DNA of 64,000 nt from Dipteris shenzhenensis (taxonomy: Eukaryota): NCBI GenBank assembly GCA_047967505.1, contig CM106538.1, one strand, 5' to 3'. Below the pieces are notes generated by a model that made no database searches, had not been told where the DNA came from, and worked only from the letters and a program-made list of their open reading frames with translations. Shown piece by piece: positions 1-12,652 of the stretch; the first letter of the stretch is position 1, and every line of letters begins with the position of its first letter. The position numbers were made by a program, and so were the translations under genes.

Positions 1-245
1 TCTCAATCATGGTTTTGACATACTTATCTTCCATTAAGTCAAGGACCATGGTGGCTTTGGCTCTATTGGCTATATGCAAGACTTCTCATTACTTCCAATT
101 GTTTTAATGTCCTCCTATTATATTCTTTCAATTAAATATTTATTTATTTCTATTATATGCTTCAAAGTCTTTTAGAAAGATTTTTGAATATTTGCATCAG
201 ATCCAAAAGATGGGCGAGTTTAAAATGTTTCCAATAAGGAAGGGT

Positions 246-464
246 TTAGAAATAGAAATGATTTCCATGTAGAAATAAAAGTTCTTTCCATGCCATGTGT
301 GTGGATGTGTTAGGGTCTAGCCATTTCACTAACCAATCCCATATATTCATAATTGAAGGTGCTTCTAACATTTCACAGACACCAATGTAGCATGATGAGG
401 TAGGGATCATCCGCAAGAATATACTCTTGATGGTCTTCATGAACCACTTTTTCAAGATGCACAA
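246..464 (-). pseudogene. Possible chromodomain-like remnant from the end of a Gypsy integrase
   Basis: WDWLVKWLDP...MAWKE loosely resembles the retroelement chromodomain pattern (LVKW...W); no further context. Confidence 0.2.
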
Positions 465-738
465 AATGGAAACTCTTTAAATTATCTCCTCAAAACGGTA
501 AGCATAATATCTTTGCAATACAAGACCTACACAATCATGTAGCCCGAGTAGGTGAATGCAAAACTATGCAAGACCATGAATAATTTATTGGTATCTTGGT
601 AGAGCTGTTAAGAATCAATGGAGTTTTTATGGTTGACAAGGGCTCTAAGTATATGTATCCTTGGTAAGTGAATAAAGTCGCCTTAAAGTGGGGTCCCCCA
701 ATTTGGGCCCCATATCGTGTGCCACGAGTCACTTTGTT

Positions 739-1015
739 TGCATATATTTTATGAGTTTTCTTTTATGTCTTGCTATTGGAAATAATGGTGAACACATAGA
801 GAAAGAATTTGTGTACCATAAATCATTATGTGGTTTACATGTATTTAATAACTTAAAGTTTTTCCCTACGCCTTTCTATTAGAAGCAATGGTGAACAAGT
901 AGACAAGAATTTGTGTGCCATGAGACATTATATTGTTGGCATATGTTTTATGAGTTTTCTTCTATGTCTTGCTATTGGAAACAATGGTGAACCCACACAA
1001 AAACAATTTGTATTT
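739..1015. repeat. Dispersed ~80-bp direct duplication
   Basis: gcatat(a/g)ttttatgagttttc...gtcttgctattggaaa(t/c)aatggtgaac at ~739 and ~939. Confidence 0.75.
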
Positions 1016-1558
1016 AAAAAAGTGTGTGCTATGTTAAGGAAAGCAAAAGTAAGGATGTATATCCACTACATAGGAATCCTAACCCCAATACTAACTCTAG
1101 GGGAAATACCTCCTAACTATAGGAAAAAATATCCAAAGGGTAGGTTCATACCACACTACTCATAATCTAACAAATGCCTCCTATAGTGGCACTTTGGACA
1201 TGCATAGAGGATGGATCAATCACTAAAAGAAAGTAAGCTTAGAGATCTATAGAAAGCTTCAAATTTTTCTTTAGGTCCTGCCCACATTCTAGTGTCTAGG
1301 ACAATGGATCAAGCTAATCTCTCCTACATATCATCTCTCTCTAACATAATGAAGAGAATGTTGCAAGCTTCTTTACCGAACCACTTGGGAAAGAGATTTT
1401 GGAGAGTCTTACCCAAAGAAAGGCTCTTGGTTTGACTTAGAGAAAAGATATTCCCATTAAGGGGTATGATGGAATGTAATGTTCAAGTCCTTCTTCATTT
1501 TCCCTAAATCATCATCTTGAAGGAAGTCCTACTTCATGGTGTTGACCTTAAGGGAAGG

Positions 1559-1794
1559 TGTTGAGAATTCATCTCAACATCATGTTTATATGAAGCCTCT
1601 ATGAAGCATAGCCTAACACAAAAGAGTGCTAAAAAGGAAAAAGGCTTGGAAATCCTAAATTTAACCCTAAATAGGTTTGTATATATACATTCTTTTGAAC
1701 TAGTATAGTTTAATGATAGTCATTTGTGGTGTGCTCTGTAGATGTGTCCTTTGTCCTCACTCCACTGGTCTCCTCTCCCTCTCATATTTTTTCA
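1559..1794 (+). mobile_element. 3' LTR of a degraded LTR retrotransposon, same family as the LTR at 44739-44973
   Basis: TGTTGAGA...TTCA termini; preceded by PPT aagggaagg (1550-1558); colinear with the reverse complement of 44739-44973. Confidence 0.8.
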
Positions 1795-2087
1795 AACTGC
1801 TCTTGAACACACTTCCTATGTGACTGATCTCTCTCAGTGTTTGTTGTGTACTCCAAGCTAGGTATTTTTCCTTTGATGAATCCCAAATGACATTAAAGAT
1901 TCCTACAAATTCTTTAGTAGGAATCCTCATTGAGACTATTGGTGAAATTCCTCTCAAAATTTTCGTTGCCCTCCCACTTGGCATGTCACAAAAAGGTAGA
2001 AGGACCAAAAAAATTTATGAATTTAGCATGGCCCTCTAATGGGGAAGACTGCCCATGTGTGTGGGAAACATGTATTTTTGCTATATA

Positions 2088-2248
2088 GCTCATGTTTTAT
2101 ATAAATAACCAAATAGCCAAATACCTAATCCATGGCTCTCTACCATTATACCTACCTAACCAACTTAGCATGTGTACATGCTCATCTTTTATATAAATAA
2201 CCAAATAGCCAAATACATAATCCATGGTTCTCTACTATTATACCTGCC
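2088..2248. repeat. Tandem duplication, ~92-bp period
   Basis: gctcat..ttttatataaataaccaaatagccaaatac.taatccatgg.tctctac.attatacct occurs twice. Confidence 0.8.
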
Positions 2249-3157
2249 TCTATTTTAACGCATTCATCAATTCACCTACTACAATATAGGCCATAGATTT
2301 TGCTATGGCATGCCCTATTTCTTTAGCAAGCAATTGTCCTCAATCGATAGGTCCTCATCTCATCATGTTCAATTTAACACTTCATAGTCTTGCATTAATC
2401 TTCATTAGTTTAATTCCTTTCTCGATGGTATAGCTACCAAGCAAGTCAAGAATTAATATGTCTCCAAGTAACCAAGTTCCAAACAGGAAATAAATATAAT
2501 AGAAGGGTTATCTTTGATGCCTAATATGATGCATCCCTTATCATCTACATGAGCTTATCTTCCTTCCAAAACTTATTCATGTTTACCCATTAGGATTTGT
2601 ACAATCAATTTCGTTTTTCTTTTCACATGCATTAGTCAAAGGCCCAAAGGAACCCTTAGTATTGGGTTAATCAGACCAAAAACTATCAAGATCACAAGAC
2701 GTCGTTGAGATATCTCATGACTTAAGCCAGGTGGATCCCCCCTAGTGACCATGTATGTACATATGAATTACTAGTTTCTTAGGAACACCATTTCCAAGGC
2801 CCCTACACTTTATCTTGGGCTACCTTCTTATTCATTAGAAAGATCCATCTAATCTTCAACTAATCATCAACCCTCTTGCTTCACTAGCAAGACCATCTAA
2901 ACTTTGACTAGTCATTAGCCCCTTCTTGCTTGGGAAAATCCAAACTAGTGCAAGGTATTTACCCATCAAGAGTTATCTCTCAACATTATCTATCTTGTTA
3001 GCATCTTGACCCCTCAGAGTTTCAACATACTACTTGTCTTGGCAAGTTGATATCGATTCTTCTTCATAGAGTATTGCATTAATGCTCTCTATGAAAGCTA
3101 AATTAATCTCACACTTGATCATCATTGGTGTCACTAAGGTCCTTGGCTATTTCCCAA

Positions 3158-3183
3158 AACACCTATTTCATTAATTTTGGACT
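3158..3183 (+). repeat. Left terminal inverted repeat (26 bp)
   Basis: aacacctatttcattaattttggact, exact reverse complement of 18090-18115. Confidence 0.93.
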
Positions 3184-3834
3184 AGTGCACTGTCCAAATT
3201 CGTTTTGTGAGATAATTTTGGATAAAGCATTTCACAAAAAGAGGCTCTTATAAAACAAAACTTTGAGTCAAAAAGTAAGATTTTAATAAAGCAAATTAGA
3301 AAAAATGACGTGACATGTTATTAAAACTAGAGTACATTAAAAAAAGAGGACTTCATGTTGTTAAAAGAGACAAAAAGTAAGATTTTAAAAAATCAAATTA
3401 GAAAAAAAACTAGAGTACATTTAAAAAAAAGCATGACACATTTGTACAAGAAGTAGATCATATAACTCAAAGCCATATGGTGTTAAAAAACACCTTCCAT
3501 TAGCTCAGCCTAGAAGATGTCATCTTTGTCTCTCTTGTCGAAGACGTCATCTTTGTCTCTCTTGTCTATTACAACTTTACATTAGAGAACTAAAAAGTCT
3601 TTGTGGAACTGTAGTTTCCTTTCTTGTCTATTACTGTTACTTTAGAAAACACAAGACGAATTTTAAGAATTACAAGACGAATTTTAAGAAATAGATCTCA
3701 AAAACTTTAACAAGAAACTAATTGAAAAAGAATTGTAAGTAAAGAAAAAGAATTACAAGATGAATGAAAAAGAATGCAAGTACCTGGAAAAAGTGAAAAA
3801 AGTAAGGCTCCGCTTATCCTTTATCTTCAGCTCT

Positions 3835-3905
3835 TGGTTGCTTCAATGAAATGAGGAGAGAGTGAGAATGAATGAATGGAAAGAAGAGTATATATAAGAA
3901 AAACC
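3835..3905 (-). promoter_or_regulatory. Putative minus-strand TATA/CT-rich core promoter module, copy 1
   Basis: Minus strand reads cttatatatactcttc...tcattcattctc...ctcatttcattgaagcaa, followed by a CAG|GTACTT donor-like site near 3780-3787; related copy at ~6045-6110. Confidence 0.4.
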
Positions 3906-3924
3906 AGCCCACTCCTCCTACACA

Positions 3925-4430
3925 TAAATTTGAATTTTCAAAAACGAAAGGGAAATTTGAATTCATTATAAATTTGAATTTAAATTTGTGTTCAACATTC
4001 TTCTCATACTTTCTTCTCGTACGTTCCTTTTGAATTCAAATTTGTTCAACATTCTTCATGATACTTTCTTCTCGTAAGTCCCTTTCATTCTTCTCGTAAG
4101 TCAAATCTTATTTGTCAAGTCCCTTTCATTCTTCTCGTAAGTCAAATCTTATTTGTCGCTCTTGCTCGTGATAGTAAGTCAAATCTTATTTGTCGCTCTT
4201 GCTTGTGATAGTAATCTTATTTGAGCAAGAATCTTATTTGTCGCTCTTGCTCGTGATAGTAAGTCAAATCTTATTTGAGCAAGAATCTTATGTGTCGCTC
4301 TTGCTCGTGATAGTTCTACTCTTAGTTGTAAGAATTCAAATTTGTGTTCAACATTCTTCTTGATACTTTCTTCTAGTAAGTCCCTTTCATTCTCTTCCTA
4401 AGTCAAATCTTATTTGTCGCTCTTGTAAGA
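3925..4430. repeat. Patchwork minisatellite (~38-bp and ~60-bp units)
   Basis: Repeated gtcaaatcttatttgtcgctcttgctcgtgatagtaa and aattcaaatttgtgttcaacattcttc...ctttcttctcgtaagtccctttcattc. Confidence 0.85.
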
Positions 4431-4434
4431 ATTC

Positions 4435-5940
4435 GACCTCTCTCCCTCTACTCCCTTCTTTCTCTCTCCCTCACTCTCTCTCTCTCTCCCATACCTTCCC
4501 CCCTCACTCTCTCTCTCTCTTTCTCTCTCCCTCCCCTCACTCTCTCTCTCACTCCCCTCCCTCCTCTCCCCTCTCTCCTTCGGCTCCCTCCTCTCCTCTC
4601 CCTCTCTCTCTCTCCCTCTCTCTCTCCTCTCTCTCCTTCCGCTCCCCTCCCCCCCTCCCTCCCTCCCTCGCTCCCTCAACCCCGCCCTCCCCTCCTCCCC
4701 TCCCCTCCCCTCCCTCCGCCACCAGAACCCCTCCCCCCCTCTACCCCCCCCTCCCTCTCGCCCGCCCCCCCCTTCCCTCCAGCCCCCCTTCCCCCTCCAC
4801 CCCCCTTCCCCCCCGCCCCCCTTCCACCCCTTCACCCCCCCTTCCCCCCTCCCCCCCCCCGGCCACCAGCCCCTGCCCCCCTTCCCCCTGCTGGCGGCCG
4901 TGGCCGCCAGCCCCCCCTTCCCCCTCTTCCCCCCCACCCCCCCTTCCCCCTACTGGCGGCTGTGGCCGCTAGCCCCCCCCCTTCCCCCCCCGCGGCCGCC
5001 AGCCCCCCCAACCCCCCTTCCCCTTGCTAGCGGCTGCGGCCGCCAGCCCCCCCTTCCCCCCCCTCTCCCCCCCCCTTCCCCCTGCTGGCGGCCACGGCTG
5101 CCAGCCCCCCCTTCCCCCCCTTCTCCCCCGCCCCCCTCCCCCCGACCCCCCCTTCCCCCTGCTAGCGGCCACGGCCGCTAGCCCCCCCTTCCCCCACCCC
5201 CCTTCCCCCCCTTCCCCCTGCTGGCGGCCGCGGCCGCCTGCCCCCCCTTCCCCCCCGCCCCCCTTCCCCCCCACCCCCCCTTCCCCCTGCTGGCGGCCGC
5301 AGCCGCCAACCCCCCCTTCCCGTCCCCCTTCCCCCCCCCCTTTCCCTGCTGGCGACCGCGGCCGCCAGCCCCCCCTTCCCCCCGCCCCCCTTCCCCCCAC
5401 CCCCCCTTCCCCCTACTGGTGGCCGCGGCCGCCAGCCCCCCCCTTCCCCCCGCCAGCCCCCCACCCCCCCTCCCCCCTTCCCCCCCTTCCCCCCTGCCCC
5501 CCTTCCCCCCCTCCCCCCTTCCCCCTGCTGGCGGCTGCGGCCGCTAGCCCCCCCGCCCCTTCCCCCCCTCCCCCCTTCCCCCCCCCCGCCAGCCCCCCCG
5601 CCCCCCTTCCCCCCCTCCACCCCCCCATCCCCCCTTCCCCCCCTCTAGGGGGTCTGGCGACCGCGGCCGCCAGCCCCCACCCCCCTTCCCCCCGCCCCCC
5701 TTCCCCCTGCTGGCGACCGCGGCCGCTAGCCCCCCCCCCCCCTCCCCTTCCCCCCCTCTAAGGGAGGCTGCCCCAGCCCCGCCCCTTCCCCCCCCGCCCC
5801 CCTTCCCCCCTCCTTTCCCCCTCCCCCCTCGACCCCGCCCCCACCTCTCCCTCCCCTCCTCCTCCCTTCCCTCCCGCCCCTCCATCCTCTCCTTCTCCTC
5901 CCCTCCTGGCAGGAACCTTTCTCTCTCTAGTTCCTCTCTC
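4435..5940. repeat. Polypyrimidine (C-rich) block containing ~12 copies of a 22-bp GC palindrome
   Basis: CT/C-run low complexity; core gctggcggccgcggccgccagc and transition variants recur between ~4889 and ~5730. Confidence 0.9.
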
Positions 5941-6044
5941 TTCAATTTTTTTTTGTTTAATCTAGATAAAGAATTAATCAAAAAAATTTGGTCTTTCTTG
6001 CTTTCTTGCTCTTCCTTCCTTGCTTTCTTGATCGTCCTTGCTTT

Positions 6045-6110
6045 CTTGCTTCAATGAATGAAATGAGGGGAGAATGAATGAAGAAGGAAGACTATATATA
6101 TAAGAAAAAT
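6045..6110 (-). promoter_or_regulatory. Putative minus-strand TATA/CT-rich core promoter module, copy 2
   Basis: Plus strand ttgcttcaatgaatgaaatgaggggagaatgaatgaagaaggaagactatatatataagaaaaa, similar to 3835-3905. Confidence 0.4.
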
Positions 6111-6899
6111 TAGGTTTTCCTCCTCCTCTCGTATCGGCTTTCCATTCCTCCCCTCTCTCCTATTGGCTTTTCATTTATCCCCTCTCCCATTGGCTCTCAT
6201 TACTCCCCCTCTCCCATTGGACCCCCATCCCTCATCCCAATCCTCCATTAGCCCCCCCCCCATCCATTTCTTCTTCCTCCCCCATTGCCACCACTCCCAT
6301 CCCACATTTCCACCATGTCCCATACTCCTCCCATTTCCCAAAATCCCATATTTCCCCATCTCACCCTCCTCTTTTTCATCCCCTATTAACTCCCCTCACT
6401 CATTTCACTCCCTTATTATCCTACTCCCCTATTACCTTCCCCTCTCCCATTCCATTCTTCCCTCCCCACTCTCACTTCCACTTCCCATTACTCACTTGCC
6501 ATTTGAAAACTATAAATATATTATTATACTATTTTTTATACTTATTATCATACACCCCTATTACTTCCCTCTCCCATTCCACTCCTCCCTCCTCACTCCC
6601 ACTTCCACTTCCCATTACTCACTTGCTATACACATTTGCAAACTATTAATATATTATTATATGATTTTTTATACTATTTGCAAACTTACATGTGGGCAAA
6701 ATCACAGGTGTCAAAGCGATCCTATTGTGGTCATACAACAACTGTGCTTTTATTCAAGGGCGTATTTATCCTCATCAACAAGCTTATTTACTCAATGTAT
6801 GAAGTGCATAATTTGTGCACTAGGTGTTTACTTTGTTGTATCAAAATTGTTTGCCACACACACACACATATACACATACCGAGAATTTTCTAATATTAT

Positions 6900-9800
6900 C
6901 GCATCTACATTTCTCCAATGGGCACAAAACTTTGTACACGCCTCAACCTAGGTCGTATTGACTTGCATACAAAGTGGTGCACCCATCCCATAAGTACTTG
7001 TTTGGATAACACACCTCCAAACGTATTTTATGACGATTGTGCATAACACTAGGAATAAAATGGTGTATAATGTGAGATCGACTATGCAAAGCATATCTAA
7101 TGGACACAAGACTTTGCACGTTCCTCAACCTAGGCAGTATTGACTTGTGTGCAAAGTGGCATCCCCATCCGATAAGTACTTGTTTGAAAAATACACCTAC
7201 GATCGTGTTATTTGACGGTTGTACGGTTGTACATGACACCAAGGCCAAAAACAGTATTTAATACTCAATCTACCATGTAAAGCATATCCGATGGGCACAA
7301 TACTTTGCACGTGCCTCAAAAGCAGTGGTATGGTATTCCATGCAAAGTGGAACGCCCATTCAATAAGTACTTTTTAGAATATCACACCTAGGACCATGTT
7401 TTTAATTGGTTGTTGTCCATGACACTAAAGCAAAAACGCTGATTTATGCTTAATCGACAATGCAACGCATATGCAATCATCACAATACTTTGCACACATC
7501 TCAACCTAGATATTATTGACTTATATGCAAAGTGGCGTGCCCATCCCATAAGTACTTAGTCGAATAACACATCTAAGACTGCGTTTTTTGACGGTTGTGC
7601 ATAACACTAAGGCCAAAACACTATGTTTAATGCTTGTTCGACAATGCAAAGCATATCCGATGGGCACAATACTTTGCACACACCTTCAACTAGATGGAAT
7701 TGACTTACATGCAAAGTGGCACGCCCATCCCATAAGTGCTTGATCGGATAACATACCTAGCAGCGTGTTTTTTACGGATGTACATGACACTAGAGCAAAA
7801 ATAGTATTTAATGCTCGATCGACCATGCAAAGGATATCCGATGGGCACAAAACTTTTCGTACGCCTCAACCTAGGTGGTATTGAAATGTTCTCAATGAGG
7901 CACACCCATCCGATAAGTACTTGGTCAGATAACACACCTAAGGGCATGTTTTTTTGTGGATGTCCATATCACTAGGGAAAAAATGGTGTATAATGCGTGA
8001 TCGACCATGCAAAGCATATCCGATGGTGACAATACTTTGCACCACCTCAACGTAGTTGAAACAGACTTGCGTGCAAAGTGGAGCCCCCATCCGATAAGTA
8101 CTTATTTGAATAACACGCCTACGGTCGTGTTTTTATATGGTTGTGCATGACACAAAGGCAAAAACGGTGTTTTATGCTTGATCGACAATGCAAAGCATAT
8201 CCGATGGGCACAATACTTTGCACACACCTTCAACTAGGTGGAATTGACTTACATGCAAAGTGGCATTCCCATCGCATAAGTACTTGATCGAATAACACAC
8301 CTAACAACGTGTTTTTTTACGGATGTGCATGACACTAAGGCAAAAATGGTATTTAATGCTCGATCGACCATGCAAAGCATATCCGATGGGCATAATACTT
8401 TTCCTATACCTTAACCTAGGTGGTATTGAAATGTTCTTAAAGAGGCACACCCATCCGATAAGTACTTGGTCAGATAACATACCTAAGGGCATCTTTTTTT
8501 GCGGATGTGCATATCACTACGGGAAAAATGTTGTATAATGCGTAATCGACCATGCAGAGCATATCCGATGGTGACAATACTTTGCACGCATCTCAACCTA
8601 GTTGAAACGGACTTGCGTACAAACTGGATCCCCCATCCGATAAGTACTTGTTTTATTAACACACTTAGGACCGTGTTTTTTCATGGTTGTGCATGACACT
8701 AAGGCAAAAACGGTGTTTTATGCTTGATCGACAATGCAAAGCATATCCGATGGACACAATACTTTTCACACTCCTTCAACTAGGTGGAATTGACTAACAT
8801 GCAAAGTGGCACACCCATCCCATAAGTGCTTGATCGGATAACATACCTAGCAGCGTGTTTTTTTTACGGATGTGCATGACACTAGAGCAAAAATAGTATT
8901 TAATGCTCGATCGACCATGCAAAGGATATCTGATGGGCACAACACTTTTCCTACACCGCAAGCTAGGTGGTATTGAAATGTTCTCAAAGAGGCACACCCA
9001 TCCGATAAGTACTTGGTCAGATAACACACCTAAGGGCGTGTTTTTTTGCGGATGTGCATATCACTCGGGAAAAAACGGTGTATAATGCATGATCGACCAT
9101 GCAAATCATATCCGATGGTGACAATACTTTGCGCGCACCTCAACGTAGTTGAAACGGACTTGCGTGCAAAGTGGAGCCCCCACCCGATAAGTACTTGTTT
9201 AATTAACACACTTAGGACCATGTTTTTTCATGGTTGTGCATGACACTAAGGCAAAAACGGTGTTTTATGCTTGATCGACAATGCAAAGCATATCTGATGG
9301 GCACAATACTTTGCACACACCTTCAAGTAGGTGGAATTGACTTACATCCAAAGTGGCACTCCCATCCCATAAGTGCTTGATCAGATAACATACCTAGCAG
9401 TGTGTTTTTTGACGGATGTGCATGACACTAGAGCAAAAATAGTATTTATTGCTCGATCGATCATGCAAAGGATATCCGATGGGCACAACACTTTTCGTAT
9501 GCCTCAACCTAGGTTGTATTGGAATTTTCTCAAAGAGGCACACCCATCCGATAAGTACTTGGTCAGATAACACACCTAAGGGCGTGTTTTTTTGCGGATG
9601 TGCATATCACTCGGGAAAAACTAGTGTATAATGTGTGATCAACCATGCAAATCATATCCAGATGGTGACAATACTTTGCACGCACCTCAACGTAGTTGAA
9701 ACGGACTTGCGTGCAAAGTGCAGCCCCCATCCGATAAGTACTTGTTTGAATGACACACCTAGGACCGTGTTTTTTCATGGTTGTGCATGACACTAAGGCA

Positions 9801-12652
9801 AAAATGGTGTTTTATGCTTGATCGACAATTCAAAGCATATCCGATGGGCACAATACTTTGCTACACCTTCAACTAGGTGGAATTGACTTACATGCAAAGT
9901 GGCATGCCCATCCCATAAGTGCTTGATTGGATAACATACCTAGCAGCGTGTTTTTTTACGGATGTGCATGACACTAGAGCAAAAATAGTATTTAATGCTC
10001 GATCGACCATGCAAAGGATATCTGATGGGCACAACACTTTTCTTACACCTCAACCTAGGTGGTATTGAAATGTTCTCAATGAGGCACACCCATCTGATAA
10101 GTACTTGGTCAGATAACACACCTAATGGCGTGTTTTTTTACGGATGTCCATATCACTAGGAAAAAATGATGTATAATGCATGATCGACCATGCAAAGCAT
10201 ATCCGATGGTGACAATACTTTGCACGCACCTCAACGTAGTTGAAACGGACTTGTGTGCAAAGTGGAGCCCCCATCCGATAAGTACTTATTTGAATAACAC
10301 ACCTACGGCCGTGTTTTTATATGGTTGTGCATGACACAAAGGCAAAAACGGTGTTTTATGCTTGATCAACAATGCAAAGCATATCCGATGGGCACAATAC
10401 TTTGCATACACCTTTAACTAGGTGGAATTGACTTACATGCAAAGTGGCATTCCCATCGCATAAGTACTTGATCGGATAACACACCTAGCAGTGTGTTTTT
10501 TTACGGATGTGCATGACACTAAGGCAAAAATGGTATTTAATGCTCGATCAAGCATGCAAAGCATATCCAATGGGCACAATACTTTTCCTACACCTTAACC
10601 TAGGTGGTATTGAAATGTTCTCAAAGAGGCACACCCATCCGATAACTACTTGGTCAGATAACATACCTAAGGGCATGTTTTTTTGCAGATGTGCATATCA
10701 CTACGGGAAAAACATCGTATAATGCATAATCGACCATGCAGAGCATATCCGATGGTGACAATACTTTGCATGCATCTCAACCTAGTTGAAACGGACATGC
10801 GTGCAAACTGGAGCCCCCATCCGATAAGTACTTGTTTGATTAACACACTTAGGACCGTGTTTTTTCATGGTTGTGCATGACACTAAGGCAAAAATGGTGT
10901 TTTATGCTTGATCGACAATGCAAAGCATATCCGATGGGCACAATACTTTGCACACACCTTCAAATAGGTGGAATTGACTTACATGCAAAGTGGCACTCCC
11001 ATCCCATAAGTGCTTGATCCGATAACATACCTAGCAGCGTGTTTTTTTACGGATGTGCATGACACTAGAGCAAAAATAGTATTTAATGCTCGATCGACCA
11101 TGAAAAGGATATCCGATGGGCACAACACTTTTCGTATGCCTCAACCTAGGTGGTATTGAAATGTTGTCAAAGAGGCACACCCATCCGATAAGTACTTGGT
11201 CAGATAACACACCTAAGGGCGTGTTTTTTTGCGGATGTGCATATCACTAGAGAAAAAATGGTGTATAAGGTGTGATCGACCATGCAAAGCATATCTGATG
11301 GTGACAATACTTTGCACGAACCTCAAGGTAGCTGAAACGGACTTGCGTGCAAAGTGGAGCCCCCATCCAATAAGTACTTGTTTGAATAACACACCTAGGA
11401 CCGTGTTTTTTCATTGTTGTATATGACACTAAGGCAAAAATGGTGTTTTATGCTTGATCGACAATGCAAAGCATATCCGATGGGCACAATACTTTGCACA
11501 CACCTTCAACTAGGTGGAATTGACTTACATCAAAGTGGCACGCCCATCCCATAAGTGCTTGATCGGATAACATACCTAGCAGTGTGTTTTTTTACGGATG
11601 TGCATGACACTAGAGAAAAAATAGTATTTAATGCTCGATCGACCATGCAAAGGATATCCGATGGGCACAACACTTTTTGTAGTTGAAACGGACTTGCGTG
11701 CAAAGTGGAGCCCCCGTCCGATAAGTACTTGTTTGATTAACACACGTAGGACCGTGTTTTTTCATGGTTGTGCATGACACTAAGGAAAAAACGTTGTTTT
11801 ATGCTTGATCGACAATGCAAAGCATATCCAATGGGCACAATACTTTGCACACACCTTCAACTAGGTGGAATTAACTTACATGCAAAGTGGCACTCCCATC
11901 CCATAAGTGCTTGATCAGATAACATACCTAGCAGCGTGTTGTTTTACGGATGTGCATGACACTAGAGCAAAAATAGTATTTATTGCTCGATCGATCATGC
12001 AAAGGATATCCGATGGGCACAACACTTTTCGTATGCCTCAACCTAGGTGGTATTGGAATTTTCTCAAAGAGGCACACCCATCCGATAAGTACTTGGTCAG
12101 ATAACACACCTAAGGGCGTGTTCTTTTGCGGATGTGCATATCACTCGGGAAAAACTAGTGTATAATGTGTGATCGACCATGCAAAGCATATCCGATGGTG
12201 ACAATACTTTGCATGCACCTCAACGTAGTTGAAACAGACTTGCGTGCAAAGTGGAGCCCCCATCCAATAAGTACTTGTTTGAATGACACACCTAGGACTG
12301 TGTTTTTTCATGGTTGTGCATGACACGAAGGCAAAAACGGTGTTTTATGCTTGATCCACAATGCAAAGCATATCCGATGGGCACAATACTTTGCACACAC
12401 CTTCAACTAGGTGGAATTGACTTACATGCAAAGTGGCATTCCCATCGCATAAGTACTTGATCGGATAACACACCTAGCAGCGTGTTTTTTTTACGGATGT
12501 GCATGACACTAGAGCAAAAATAGTATTTAATGCTCGATCGACCATGCAAAGCATATCCGATGGGAACAATACTTTTCCTACGCCTTAACCTAGTTGGTAT
12601 TGAAATTTTGTCAAATAGGCACACCCATCCGATAAGTACTTGGTCAGATAAC
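6900..12652. repeat. Satellite array: ~182-bp monomers (~32) arranged as ~546-bp A-B-C higher-order repeats
   Basis: gatcgac(c/a)atgcaaagcatatccgatgg...aatactttgcac recurs every ~182 bp; three diagnostic monomer types alternate from ~7620; array cut by an LTR at 12653. Confidence 0.95.

Noticed and set aside
689-711. Small hairpin ggggtcccccaatttgggcccc as a Helitron end or terminator
   Set aside because: No following CTRR terminus or other supporting structure
4860-5735. CRISPR-like palindromic repeats with spacers
   Set aside because: Spacers are low-complexity C-runs of irregular length, there are no cas genes, and the context is eukaryotic TE DNA
4410-5981. Pro-rich (extensin/formin-like) and Gly/Arg-rich ORFs
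   Set aside because: Open in several frames on both strands because C/G runs lack stops; starts are non-ATG or arbitrary
6163-6951. 262-aa ORF
   Set aside because: TTG start, CT-rich low complexity, no recognisable domain
6900-12652. 5S rDNA, tRNA or snRNA tandem array
   Set aside because: No 5S, tRNA box A/B or snRNA sequence recognised in the monomer
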